A stretch of DNA of 63,218 bases, filler included, from Octopus bimaculoides (GCF_001194135.2; 7 parts of 7 records of this genome joined end to end with filler, not necessarily neighbours in it), one strand, 5' to 3'. Shown: positions 25,866-38,894, counted from the first letter of the whole stretch. Numbers and translations are program-made. Notes: generated by a model from the sequence alone, not told the origin.

Positions 25866-26352
25866 TTATTTTTCAACTTTGACAGTTAGTGAAATGCTAG
25901 TTTGGTAATAATGATTAATAATAGTATATAAGAAACTGAACTTCTTGTGAGTTGTGAGTGAGTATTAGCGTATGTATGTATGTATTACATACATACATGT
26001 GTGTGTGTGTATGTGTATGTTATGTATGTATGCGAACATATATATGTGTGTATGTGTGTGTATTATAGAAAATTACGTCAAATGACAAGGCTCAATTTTG
26101 TTTGAATTGTGTAAATTATCTAGGTCAAAATATACTTTACTCTTGGCTATAGTACATGAGGTTGTAAAATTAATGCTCTTTACAGCTATTCTTAATGCTA
26201 TGTGAACTTTCGAGAACCCTTGAATCTTGAGATTATTTCACCTCGTATGGAACTCGTCTGGCTTACTATTTGGCAAGTGTTACACGTCCTCCAGGGGCGG
26301 AGTTACTTTTAATGAATCAAAATCTATGTTGAAATATTTTTTAATATACTTG

Positions 26353-26383
<31 letters not shown>

Positions 26384-27454
26384 NNNNNNNNNNNNNNNNN
26401 NNNNNNNNNNNNNNNNNNNNNNNNNNNNNNNNNNNNNNNNNNNNNNNNNNNNNNNNNNNNNNNNNNNNNNNNNNNNNNNNNNNNNNNNNNNNNNNNNNNN
26501 NNNNNNNNNNNNNNNNNNNNNNNNNNNNNNNNNNNNNNNNNNNNNNNNNNNNNNNNNNNNNNNNNNNNNNNNNNNNNNNNNNNNNNNNNNNNNNNNNNNN
26601 NNNNNNNNNNNNNNNNNNTATATATATATATATATATATATATGTATTTATCTATGTAAGCAACTGTGTTTGAGCGTGTGAATTTGAAAAAAAAACTACA
26701 GTAATATCGTTAGCAATGAAGAAATATCTTTCTCTCCTTTCTCGTGACCGATTTCATAAGATATTGGTTTTTGATGGATAAAATTCTCTCCGAATATAAG
26801 AGGTTCCTCCATAAAACTTCATTTGCCTATCTTTCTTTCATTCTTTCTGAATATGAATACATCTACCTTCACATTCATCTCCTATTCTTTCTGTCTCCCT
26901 TCCATCCTTACTTTCTTATCTTCCCTTTACCAACTTCTGTATTTCTTCTGTATCATTCGATTTAGAACAGTTCTAAATTATTTTTCTAACTTCAAAAATG
27001 ACCGTAACAGATTTTGGGAATGGAAAATTGAAATTTAAGCAAGCGTCACTTTATTGCAGTTTAGGCTTCCATAAGTATCTTATCAATAGCCATTATAATT
27101 GGAAGAGAAATACGTAGCAACACACCTCAATAATGTCAGTTTTGTCAATACTAAAACCAATCTGCTCTGAGATCAGATATTCATATCGAATTCTATATAT
27201 TTGCATAACGGCAACCGGCTTCTCGAATCCAATATTTTCACTTTCCTTTCAATCATGGTAAGAAAACTTCTATATATACACAGATATACATGCATTGATA
27301 CGTATACATAAATACATACGTATATATATATGTGTATGCGTGTATGTGCTGTGTTTGTATTTGTAAATAATGTATAATATATATGCACACACATGTACAT
27401 GTATTTATATTATATATGCTGTATATGCACAAATATGCATGCATATTATATATA

Positions 27455-27527
<73 letters not shown>

Positions 27528-28388
27528 ATATACATATACATACACAAATTTGAGTTTCTCTATGTGCCTGACTGTCATTGTTAGTTTTGTGTATATTTAA
27601 TTCCTCGGGGCTGTTGCGAATATACAATGGCAATATGTGATATCAGAGAATCAATGCTTCTGCTTGTTTGTTGGCAAAGATTGAATATTTGATCCTTCAG
27701 AAATTGCCTTGCAGATCTGCTAATTTTACACACATAACTTAATCTCTTGACACAACACTATGGAAAACAAATGATGCCTTATGAAAGAAATATGTACCAT
27801 TGCAAGCTAATAGCTATTTTATTGAAATCATATGGTTTTTACTGCGTGATTGAAATGCGAAATTTTGTAACGTTCCGGATTTGGGTTTGAAAACAATTGG
27901 GATTGCATTCATTTTCTATGCAGATAAACGAGTGAATTATACTGTAATAGCACGGATGTTATTGACTTACATAAAGGAACAAAGGTGAGATAGGTAATCA
28001 TTGAACCATGGAAATTTAACATGATTTCTTTCGAGATATATCTGATGAAAAGTAGAATTGAATGTGAGAGAGGATGTAAAATGTGATTTTTTAGTTGCCT
28101 ATGTAAACATGGTTTGATATATCTGCAAACAAACACATATACACACACATACACACGCATATTTTTATATGTCAATATCAATGGATATTTGTGAATATAT
28201 GTATATTTACGCTTTTTCTATACACCCATACACACTCACAAATATATATTTTGAAGTGTTTTAATGTATCTCTACACATTTGAATGAGTATGTGTGCATG
28301 AACGTATATATATATATATATACATGCCTGTATATATGTCTCTTTATATACATATACATACATACATACATTCATAAATATATACATA

Positions 28389-28444
<56 letters not shown>

Positions 28445-28618
28445 NNNNNNNNNNNNNNNNNNNNNNNNNNNNNNNNNNNNNNNNNNNNTTAATTAATTAA
28501 NNNNNNNNNNNNNNNNNNNNNNNNNNNNNNNNNNNNNNNNNNNNTATATATATATATATATATATATATGTATAAATTTAAGGAATGGAGAAAACGCATG
28601 TTATAACTGCATACTTTA

Positions 28619-28702
28619 TTCCGACATATGTTTCGAAGAATTACAATTTATGCGATCCATAGGAATCGGCGATGTTAAAAATGTAAACATCTCCTCAGGG
28701 AA
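28619..28702 (-). ncRNA. Type-I hammerhead with intact core, in a ~250-bp repeat abutting (TA)n
   Basis: Minus strand: TTCC-CTGAGGA-GATG...CTTC-GAAAC-ATAT-GTC-GGAA; palindrome ACATATGT; AATAAA overlaps stem I; stem II is long and imperfect. Confidence 0.75.
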
Positions 28703-28958
28703 ATGCATGGGAATCATCTTAAACGTAAGACATTATGACCGAGTATGATAACTATAGTTGGATAATGTTATGACGTGATTGGTTTCTATTAACCCATTTA
28801 TTCTATCAGAATTATTATTTATTAGGATATAATAAATACATATAATTAAATATATATATATATATGCGCGTGTGTATGTGCGTACACATTTTTATGTACA
28901 AGTATATATGCATGTCAACGTGTGTGTGCCGGTGTTTACGTTTACATACATACATACG

Positions 28959-28994
<36 letters not shown>

Positions 28995-29027
28995 GAGAGA
29001 GTGAGAGATAGATAGATAGTTAGATAA

Positions 29028-29085
<58 letters not shown>

Positions 29086-29399
29086 GTACTCGTAGACACG
29101 CTCCAAATATACATACTCATACATACTTTCACACACAAATACATACATACCAAGCCATATGTATATTTATACAGAGCGTATTAGCTTATTGCCAAGGAAG
29201 CTAAAAGTTTGGAAAAGAAAATTAAGATGCGTTTATCTTGCTTCTAAATAACTTTACTTCCTAATTTCAGAAAGCCAGCGTCATTGATCCGTTACGGATC
29301 ATATATAATATTTTAAGTACAAATGTATCATATTTTAAGTACAAATATTTCAGTGCAACTAGCATTATCATTATTGTTGTTGCTATATACTTGTTTATA

Positions 29400-29764
29400 G
29401 AATTCATCATTGCAATCATCGACGTCATTTTTCTCTTACTTCTCTTCCTCCACCTCATCATCATCAGCAGGAACATTATATCAGCCAACACCATTCTAAT
29501 GATGATTATAATAATAATAATAATAAATCGTCATTATGAACATCATTGTCGTCGTTCTTATCCAGATCATCAACTTCATCGTCATAAACAGCTCAACGTA
29601 ATATTCACCATCTTCATCATCATCATCATTATCATAATCATCATCATCCTCATCTTCATCGTCGTCATCATCATCATCATCATCATCATGATCACCATCA
29701 TCATCATCATTAACATAATCATCATGATCATGATCATCATCATCATCATCATCACCACCACCAT

Positions 29765-29795
<31 letters not shown>

Positions 29796-29852
29796 GTTAT
29801 CATTTTGATCATTACTACTACTACTAACATCATCATCATCATCGTCATTATC

Positions 29853-29884
<32 letters not shown>
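29400..29884. repeat. Degenerate (ATC)n array ending in (AGT)n
   Basis: Direct reading; source of the poly-I and poly-M ORFs. Confidence 0.95.
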
Positions 29885-29887
<3 letters not shown>

Positions 29888-31473
29888 GTGAAATAGAAGA
29901 ATATACGATAAGTAGTCTCTAGTATGAGCATTAGTATTATTTAGGATATATCAGTCATATATTTCATGCATTCGAAAGAAGACCTTTGAAAATACTTTTC
30001 AGAAATTCCAACCATCGTCTTATTTTGGTTTAGATGAATTTTAATCATATTAATGTCAACTCAGCGTGAGCTTATCAAAGATTGAAACTGAGACATTATG
30101 TTAGATAGAGACGCATCATGAGAGAGAGTTAGAGATGTGAGGTGGGGTGGATGTTTGTTGAATTACTACAGGATTTTAAAATCAAATCTGATTTCTCGTT
30201 TGTTTACAACAGATGGTGAATAGTTTAGTATTTCTTCTACTGTTCATTAATCCACTATCACTTGAATCTAACTCGCAAGAAAAGAACAGACAGATATTTT
30301 CACACAGATACCAACATTGAGAAAAAAATGCAAATCAAATAGATGATCTACTACAACGTAACGCATAGATTTGGCAATGAGAAGCACAGCCTAATTCAGA
30401 TACTGTATGTATGTGCGTATGTACGCTTGTATACACACGCACACAGATACACTCACACACGCGTATATATACATATATTCATATATATATATATATACAC
30501 ACTCACACATACATACAGATATATATTGATGCACTTATATATGTATACATATAAAAGTATGTATATTGAAAGTCAGAGAGAGAGAGAGGGCTAGAGACGG
30601 TGGAAGTTATGGAAACGTTCATATTTGCAAATGCTAAATAGATATTGTCTTGTAAAAGTTCTGTAATGTGAAAAAGAAATACAGTCAAGTCTAATCTACC
30701 GTTAATGTATTTAAAGAGATGCGGCGTGTCGCATATATTGCATACCGGTTTCGACTCTAAATTTTTTCACTTAAACTTGCATTTATAAAAACTATTGAAA
30801 CTGTACTTAAAGAAATGCACGATATTATATTATTTATTTCATATTCAATATAATGTTGCGTATAGTCGATATGTAATGTAATTATAAATATATATTATTT
30901 CATACATAGCATTGGGAAAATATTTATTTTTGTGCCCCCGTCAACAAATCGATTTTCAATTACTCCAAGTATTACGTTACCAATTATTGCATTGAGAATT
31001 ACCTGTTGCCTTTATACAGTGCAACGTATCTCTCTATGTACCAAAATATATCTTCTGTAACATGTTTTGTTTTCTGTCTTCACAAATGAAATCACTGTTT
31101 TTCACAAAATTGCCTACAGCTTAATATCCATGAAATATTAGTTTCTATATCAGTGATTTATCATTTCGTTTTATACTAAAACAATCATGAAATCCTAAAA
31201 TAATGTAATAACATTTCACCTAAAAATATGTATAAGCTCTGCTTCCTGTAAAGGAATTCTGGTGCTAATACACGCACAGTAATGCAGGAAACTGTCAATT
31301 AGAATTTTTAAGCATCATTCCTGCACTTAGCGTATTCTCAGCGTAATGGCTATTTTGAGATGTATCGTAGAGGAACTACTTCAACTCGCTCCCACTTGAG
31401 CCAGAACGTAGCCTTATTTGTGGGCACACTATAAAAGCATGTTGAGATGGAAACAATATATATCAATGCAATA

Positions 31474-32030
31474 TTGTTACCCGTTCGAATATGCTAAACG
31501 CACGTTCTGACTCGGAAACGAGTCATTGAATATGGTTTGTCATGGAGAACATTTCTTACTGTAGATATATGGTGTAAATATGCCACCTATCCAGACTGTG
31601 AGATGCAATAATTTCTGAGTAGTTATCTCCAGTCATAGAAATCGGACGGTAGCGTCACGAGCTGATAAGAGAGACAATCTCTCTTATGTGTTTCCACTCA
31701 ACATACGTCAGTTGATAGCACAAACCGACGGCTCATTGTAATCAAATTACGGGATGAGATCGCGAAGGAGAGATAAAGATAAATGCTACGTTATTACCAG
31801 TTCGAATATGCTAAAAGCAGATTCGGACTTGGAAACAATTCATTAACTGTTTTCTGTCATAAAAAAATATTTCTCTCCGTATACATATGGTGCATTTACA
31901 CCCAAAACAGCTCGCAGCGACACATATTCAAAATGTGAGGTGCAATAATTTCGGTGTAGTTATCTCCTCCTCAATTACAAAAACTGGACGGTAAAGCTGC
32001 GAGCTTATAAGGGAGATAATCTCCCTTGCT
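31474..32030. repeat. Diverged tandem duplication (~210-240-bp units), each ending in a short hairpin
   Basis: Shared blocks GTTCGAATATGCTAAA, TGCAATAATTTC, GTAGTTATCTCC, GGACGGTA and GAGCT.ATAAG.GAGA.AATCTC.CTT. Confidence 0.8.
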
Positions 32031-32775
32031 TGTCACCCTGAACAATATCTATCATTCCACAAAACACACACAAGCACACACACACACACAAAGAAGTATT
32101 GACATTACACAGAATATAGAACAAAGTTCTCAAAAAGGTCTCGTTTTAGAAGTTCTCATTAGAGACGCTGTGCGTACCAAAATAAAGCAAATTCACACTA
32201 TAGTCACGTTACTATCCTTGCTGAACAATACTATCGATCAAGTGCAAATGCGTGGAGTAACTGAAAGTGAATATTCCAAGAACAGAGTAAAGGAAAGTGA
32301 GACAAAGATTATCGTTGAATAAAACTACAGTTTATCAACTATGGGGTTGTTTATCGTTATGCGACGTCTTCTCATATTTTTTTCGATAGAACTCTTCTTG
32401 TATTTGCATATGATCAATTTTTAGTTGACTTAAAGATTTTGAAGGTTAGAATAATATAATAATCAATATGCAGCAATGCAAGCTGTATGTGTGTGTATAT
32501 GTGTGTATGTGTGTGTGAGTGTATGTGTGTGCGTGTGTAACGTTTTGGTTATACATAATTTAACTTTGGCTAAAACCGTTAATTTCGAGAGGAACACCTG
32601 AGTAAATCTTTCTCAATATTCTGTTTTTGCCATCGACATAGCAAGACAGGAATTCAAAAACGGCATGGCACTTTCAGAAGAACTCCAGTGAGACTTCATT
32701 TGCAGATTTCTCTATTTGTTAAGGAAAAAATAGTTTTGTTTTTGTCGTTTGTTTAACTTCCCATTGTCAAGCGTT

Positions 32776-32960
32776 GGGCTGGCAGAATCGTTATCCTGTG
32801 GGCCTGAATACTTAGCTGTGTTTCTTCTGACTATTTGATTTCTGAGTTCGAATTTCGTCTAGTTGACGTTGCCCTTCATAATTTCGGGATTATAAAAATG
32901 CCTCAGTCAAGTGCTGCACCAGATCCAATCTTCTCGCACCTACCCTCTCCTTGCTAGCCT
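32776..32960 (+). mobile_element. SINE family B, diverged
   Basis: GCTGGCAGAATCGTTA head and TTCTGAGTTCGAATT motif. Confidence 0.7.
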
Positions 32961-34294
32961 CACGAAAACATTTTTAAAAAGTAGAATGATTTATTCATCA
33001 GATGTTTCTCGAAACGCAATGGATTAAAGACCATGCTTGTAGCTGAAAAAGAAGAACGCTGCCAAGTGTTTCTTCTTGCATCTATGAATTCTGCCAATTT
33101 CTTATGTTGTAAAAATCTATTCTTCATTGATTAGATATAAGAGTGTAGGCAGACGATTGTAGAAGAATGCTAAAAGTATTTAGATCCGTATTTTGTTCGT
33201 TCAATTACATCTGAAACTAGTATGTGCTCATTCATTGTAAAATGATACCAGTTTAGTGCGAATACGGATGAATAATTATTAACTTTCAATCTTACCTCTA
33301 TAATATCTATATTATAAAATATGTTTTACTAATATTATTATATAATCTATTAAAGAATTACGTTCAAAATATAGCACCGGAATACTTTCCGCATTTATGT
33401 CCCAAAATATATGTAACATGTCAATGATACGATTGAGTATCGTGACTTTTCTAAAGTGGCATTTGTCTGTGTGTGCGTGTGTATGTGTGACTGTTTATGT
33501 ATGTGCATATGTGTATAATTTATCTGTGTGCTTCATGGCGAGAGAAATATCAGCAATTATCAGGCATGCCAAATGGCACATGTTGGATTGTAACACCAAT
33601 GCGATGTCGAGCAATCATACTCATTGTTCGATATTAGCCATCCTGTTGACACCTCAAATGTAAAATTCTCCCTGTAGGCGGCGGTGCTATCTGACAATAA
33701 ATCCAAGTAATTATCATAATTCTGCACCAACAAGCCCTCAGAAACACCTCTTGGACTCTTGAAACTTTACCCATTTAACTTCTGATATAATTTATATGCT
33801 GTAAGTCGGACTATTTTATATTCATACACATTACGGTTCTTCTATTTAATGTATTTAATCTGCTGTGTAAATCGACTTGCCTAACTGCCTTCTCATATAT
33901 GTGTATGTATATATATATATGTATTTGAAGGTTTGGAGGTGATGTACAGAAATTATGTAGAAAATTGTTTTTAATTAAGGTACTCAGAAACCTGGATGTT
34001 TGTACATTTACAGATTTTTATTAATTTGACATATTAAATGAAGCGCTTTTCACCTAGTCGTGTAGGTTTTTCAAATTGTTTTGAGAAAAAACTTTCTAGC
34101 GGGTCTCTTTATATAGTGTGTAGGGGTGGAGAGAGAGAGATGTATAGGATAGTAAGAGAGGGTGAGGAAAAGTGAGAGAGAGAGAGAGAGAGAGNNNNNN
34201 NNNNNNNNNNNNNNNNNNNNNNNNNNNNNNNNNNNNNNTTAATTAATTAANNNNNNNNNNNNNNNNNNNNNNNNNNNNNNNNNNNNNNNNNNNN

Positions 34295-34430
34295 TCTTAG
34301 AAGTTGCCGATTCGAATAATGATCAGTCACGTGATGTCAAGGAATGGGTTCTCTACTACGCTCGCATTTATTTATATTTAAATGAGAAGAATGGCGATAG
34401 CAGTTTGTATCTAATGGCGGGAGGTAGTTT
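34295..34430 (+). promoter_or_regulatory. Candidate promoter/first exon (E-box, YY1-like motifs, ATG plus donor)
   Basis: TCACGTGA at 34327-34334; AATGGCG twice; ATG GCG GGA G|GTAGTT at 34414-34429; locally CpG-rich and upstream of a CpG-decayed domain. Confidence 0.35.
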
Positions 34431-34435
34431 CACTA

Positions 34436-34652
34436 CACATATTTCTGTTGAAATACGCTGCCTTTGGTTTAATTGATTTTAAAAATAATAAAAAACTTAG
34501 TAAAGCAATTTTGTCATTATTAAGCTGGTGTTTAGAACATAATTTTAACCTAAAATTTTAATGGAAGGTTTTATTTTAGATCACTTTAAATCAGGAAGTT
34601 TGTATCATAGAACCGAAGAAAGTCTCAGGTGGGCTGGTATCAGAAGGGTAAA
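34436..34652. mobile_element. MITE-like repeat remnant with piggyBac-type end
   Basis: Ends in degenerate AAGGG(T)AA; resembles an octopus repeat from memory only; left end not seen. Confidence 0.4.
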
Positions 34653-35021
34653 TTAAACTGGTGAGATATTTATAGTGTGGCTATTACAGAAAAGAAGTTA
34701 TTCTGCAATATAAGATATGGCTGGTTATAATTAGCATTGATAAGTCTATAAAAATTCAGCACTAGGTTGCTCTATTTCTATCAACACATCATGCGATGTT
34801 ACTACCTCAAACTGAAATTACTAAAAAATGCATAGTTCATAAAGACACTTCCGTTTCCCTTTTCCTTCAAGACTCAGCTGCTACTATGGTCTGCAATGTA
34901 AGAGCGAGAGACAGAGGTAAGGGGAGAGAGAGGGAGACAGACAGAGAATCACTTAAACAGACATAGCTTTCATTCTGGTGCGGATGTACCCATTCTATAA
35001 AGCAGACATTTTTATCATCAT

Positions 35022-35230
35022 GAGCTGGCAGAATTGTTAGCATGCCGGACAAAATGTTTAGTGCCATTTCTTCCGGCATTACATTCGGAATTCAAATGCT
35101 GCCATGGGTGATTTTTGCCTTTTATCCTTTCAGGGTCCTTAAAATAAGTACCAACTGAGCACTGGGGTCAATATAATTGACTTACTCCCTCCCTGAAAAT
35201 TTCAAGTCTTGAACCCATAGTCGAAAGGAT
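35022..35230 (+). mobile_element. SINE family B (CpG-decayed)
   Basis: GAGCTGGCAGAATTGTTAGCATGCC head and family B core. Confidence 0.85.
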
Positions 35231-35307
35231 TATCATTATCACTTTGATGTCCACTGTTCCATGCTTGGAACAGTTCTACTCAGTTTCCATCCAGGTATTG
35301 ATCATCT

Positions 35308-35413
35308 GTGAGCCATAGTAGCAGACACTTGCCCAAGGTGCTGAGCAGTGGGACTGAACTTAAAACCATGTGGTTGCAAACTGAGTTCCTTAGCTGCACA
35401 ACCATGCCTGCGT
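35308..35413 (-). mobile_element. SINE family A head fragment
   Basis: AGACACTTGCCCAAGGTG...GTGGGACTGAAC...ACCATGTGGTTG. Confidence 0.8.
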
Positions 35414-35583
35414 CAATATCAATAGATTTATTAGCCAGCTTAAAGGGTTACATCAAGTCTAAGTAATATGTTTATGCAATATGGTTTGTGCACTTTGGAC
35501 AGCAAAAAAGGGAACAGGCATAGATGCAGGTTATGAATCTTTTTGAAATTTTTGTCAGCAGGTATGGAAGATTCGGAAAAGAA

Positions 35584-35930
35584 CAGGCTTAGGCATGGCT
35601 GTGTGGTAACAATTTTGCTTCTCAAGCACATGGTTCTAGGTTCAGTCTCTCCGTGTGGAATCTTGAGCAACTGTCTTCAACAATAACCTTGTGAGTGGAT
35701 TGGATAGGCAGAAACTGAAAGCTGCCCATGGTATGTATATGTGTGTTTTATTGTCTCCTTCCCTTGACATCACATGATAGTTGTAAATCAATGTCACCAT
35801 CATACAAGGTGAGGGTCTGGAAACAGGTGAGGGTCTGCAATAAGAAAGGCATTCAGATGTAGAAAAACACAGCTCAACAAATTCCATCCAACCCATGCAG
35901 GCATGGAAAAGTGGATGTTAAAACTATGTT
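35584..35930 (+). mobile_element. SINE with family A head and alternative 3' tail
   Basis: Family A head, then tail CAACCCATGCAGGCATGGAAAAGTGGATGTTAAA, also seen reversed at 38895. Confidence 0.7.
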
Positions 35931-35993
35931 GATAATGAACTGGAACACGTAAATATCCCTATTCGCCTTCATCTGCCCATAAATATATCGTAT

Positions 35994-36385
35994 ACTCTTT
36001 TACTTGTTTCAGTCATTTGACTGCGGCCATGCTGGAGCACCACCTTTAGTTGAAGAAATCGACCCCAGGACTTATTATTTGTAAGCCTAGTATTTATTCT
36101 ATCGGTCTCTTTTGCCAAACCGTTAAGTTACAGGGACATAAACACACCAGCATCAGTTGTCAAGTGATGTTGGGGGACAAACAGACACACAAACACACAC
36201 ACACACACACACATATATATACGACGGGCTTCTTTCAGTTTCCGTCTACCAAATCCACTCACAAGGCTTTGGTCGGCCCGAGGTTATAGTAGAAGACACT
36301 TGCCCAAGGTGCCACACAGTGGGACTGAACCCAGAACCATGTGGTTGGTAAGCAAGCTACTTGCCACACAGCCACTCCTGCACCT
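35994..36385 (-). mobile_element. SINE family A, full length
   Basis: Complete reverse complement of the 4484 copy; several CpG changed to CpA/TpG. Confidence 0.92.
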
Positions 36386-37365
36386 ATAGATGAATAATTT
36401 ACCTTTGTTACAACTCAATGTTAGGAGTCAGAATCTATATACAACAAGCAAAAGAAATCTTGCATGTTGTTAGATTGTAAACATTCGAAGGAGTTTTTAT
36501 CTACTGACTATTTGGACAATCAGTGTTGAAATTTTTTTAGCCTACTATAACCATAAGAGGCCCTCTGGGGGTATTTTTGTTCAGCCATGCTGTTGGAGAA
36601 GAGTTTAGATACCAATATGAAAGAAGATAGGTGCTTTAGTAAGAGGATAATTAGATTGAATTAACAGAATTAGGATGTCAGGAATGGCTGTTGAGCTACC
36701 GTTAATTGTTTTGGCAGTTGTAAATTGGTTGAAGACTTGTGTTGTTGGCCTGCTGACAATTACAACTGAAGGTATAAACCTACTGAAATCTCTGATAAGT
36801 TGACTACTTGATATTTAATGGTATGGTAGTAGCTAAGTCTTGGTAAAAAGGAAGGAGGAAGCTTCTTTGTGAACTTATGTATAAATAGTAATAGATTCCT
36901 GTGGTAGTGACAGTGGCATGTTGGTGGAACTAGAACAGTTTAGTGCTCATCTGATGAACACATCAACACTTGTTTCTACAGTGACATACTAACTGTTGTG
37001 TAATGGTTGAGCTTAATAAAAGTATTATCTAATGCAGTTTCTGCTGTCACGCTAATAAAATATTGTGTAACAATTTCTATCAGTACGAAGTAGAAATCTG
37101 TTGTTAATAGGAACTGAAAAAAACTCTGTGTGTGTGTGTGTGTTGAATTATGTTGGATGAATGAGAGAGGAGTGCTCAATACATGTTATAGAGGGTATGA
37201 TTTTTTCCTGTTTTTATTGGAACTGAATTCGTCTTGTGACATGCCATGCTACTGAAATTTTCAGGCAAGAACTTCTGAAGATCACGAAAGGTTTCACCAA
37301 GCATTTATGTCTGTTTTGGAACAGCTTTATATCTGGATGCCCTTCCTAACACCATAAAAATTAAT

Positions 37366-37396
<31 letters not shown>

Positions 37397-37498
37397 TATA
37401 TATATAATATTAAAATTAATATCCTTGAAAATATACGTTAACACAACATTAAGGCAATCCAAAATTATATATATATATATATATATATGCAGCACAAT

Positions 37499-37549
37499 TT
37501 TGTCAGTGAACAGGTCGCGGTCTCAAAGTGACGAAAATATTTTGACAAA
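37499..37549 (+). ncRNA. Type-I hammerhead with G3-C8 swapped core, in a ~200-bp element (37489-37690) between (TA)n runs
   Basis: TTTGTCA-GTGAACA-G-GTCGC[GGTCTCAAA]GTGAC-GAAA-ATAT-TT-TGACAAA: 7-bp stem I, 5-bp stem II, palindrome AATATT, UUU triplet. Confidence 0.75.
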
Positions 37550-37949
37550 TTAAATTTAAATGTTGAAGTGAATCTGACGGCTTTTGTGTGTTATTTTAAA
37601 TGGCTTATAAACACCTTCCACGCTGCAATTGTTTTCGTTCCAGCACACGATCTCAGATCAGGTCCCTTGCTATGCAAGTACATCTCCGTAATATATATAT
37701 ATATTATAAGAAAACTTTTCGACTTTAACCATACATTCTAAATAACCCAAACCAGCTGTCACAAAGATAATATTACAAAGGTGAATCAAAAAGTAATGTG
37801 AATCAAAACTGCACTACTTTCTGACTCACTCTCCTATTTGTTTAAATTAGTCAAAACTGGCTTTGTTTGAAGGGTTAAAAGTCAGACCATTCTACTTTAT
37901 ACAAATGCTGCACAGAGATATAGTGGCCTTGGGAAAAGCCACAATTTTG

Positions 37950-38090
37950 ATTTATTTTTATCCTTCGTTTGTCTCAGCCATTAGTCTGTGGACATGCTGA
38001 AAGCACCTACTTAAAAAGTTTAGCCAAGTAAACTGACATCAGTTGTCAAGCAGTGGTAGGAGGGGACAAACACAAAGACACACACACAAA
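37950..38090 (-). mobile_element. SINE family A 3' fragment, diverged
   Basis: CAGTTGTCAAGCAGTGGT...GGGGACAAACACAAAGACACAC matches the family A tail. Confidence 0.65.
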
Positions 38091-38305
38091 TATATAATTA
38101 TTTGGACTTTGGCTATATGTCTCGTGGTATGCCGATTAAAGTACATTCACTGTTTGGGCTACCTGATGTCATCCACAATTACGGTGTATAATTTTCACAG
38201 GATCTACATCTGAAATTCTGCTGTGTTTGTTTGGTTTATAAATGATGAAAGTACAACATACCTGAAAGAACTCAGTATATGTAATAGGATATCTTTTATA
38301 CCAAA

Positions 38306-38405
38306 ACACCTGGGGAGACACAGACTGCACTGATTAATGCAACTAGATGCACAATATCCTACCTGTAGGGGAAAACTGCAGGACAGGTCGAAACGATTGT
38401 TGCAT
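38306..38405 (+). ncRNA. Degenerate hammerhead, same family as the 51.2-51.7 kb pair
   Basis: CTGGGGA-GACACAGACTGCA..GATT.ATGCAAC...GTC-GAAAC-GATT-GTT, then AATAAAGA and AAATCCATTTTC; aligns with both 51 kb arms; core has A6G. Confidence 0.6.
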
Positions 38406-38466
38406 TGAATAAAGATTTGTACCAAATCCATTTTCCATATCATTTACACACACAAACACACACACA

Positions 38467-38620
38467 CTGGGATTGCACAGTTTCTGTCTACCAAATTCGA
38501 TCTCAAGACATTGGATGACTTGGGGCTATAGTAGAAGACACCTGCCAATGCAGTGGGACTGAACCTGAAACCAGATTGTGACAAAACAAGCTTCTTAACC
38601 ACACAGCCATGCCTGCGTCT
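38467..38620 (-). mobile_element. SINE family A 5' half
   Basis: CTATAGTAGAAGACAC...GTGGGACTGAACC...ACCACACAGCCATGCCTGCG. Confidence 0.8.
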
Positions 38621-38894
38621 TTTGGGGAAACAAAAAAAAAATTCTGGTTTTGAAAAATGTCACAGAAAAATGTTACATTTCATATAAATACCCATAAATA
38701 ACAGTAACATTTTTAATAGTATTAATTTAATAATATTTTTACGTTAATGAACTGAAGATATGTGACATATATAATGGTAACACAATTTTCTATAATGTCA
38801 CAGCACTTAAGTTAGTAATTTACTGAAGTTTTCCAGTGGCTTTTCTGTGACATATTTTTTCTTGGTTTCGTATTAATAAATCAACAACCCCATC

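Noticed and set aside
29391-29891. Poly-Ile and poly-Met ORFs; also YIYI, CVCV and poly-L/S/F ORFs elsewhere
   Set aside because: Translations of microsatellites.
30735-30765. Minus-strand GTC-GAAAC-CG-GTA half hammerhead
   Set aside because: 5' core and stem II partner absent.
36400-37100. Possible old L2-like LINE 3' remnant on - (also about 39950-40110)
   Set aside because: Motifs too eroded to support by eye; needs a TBLASTN or Dfam search.
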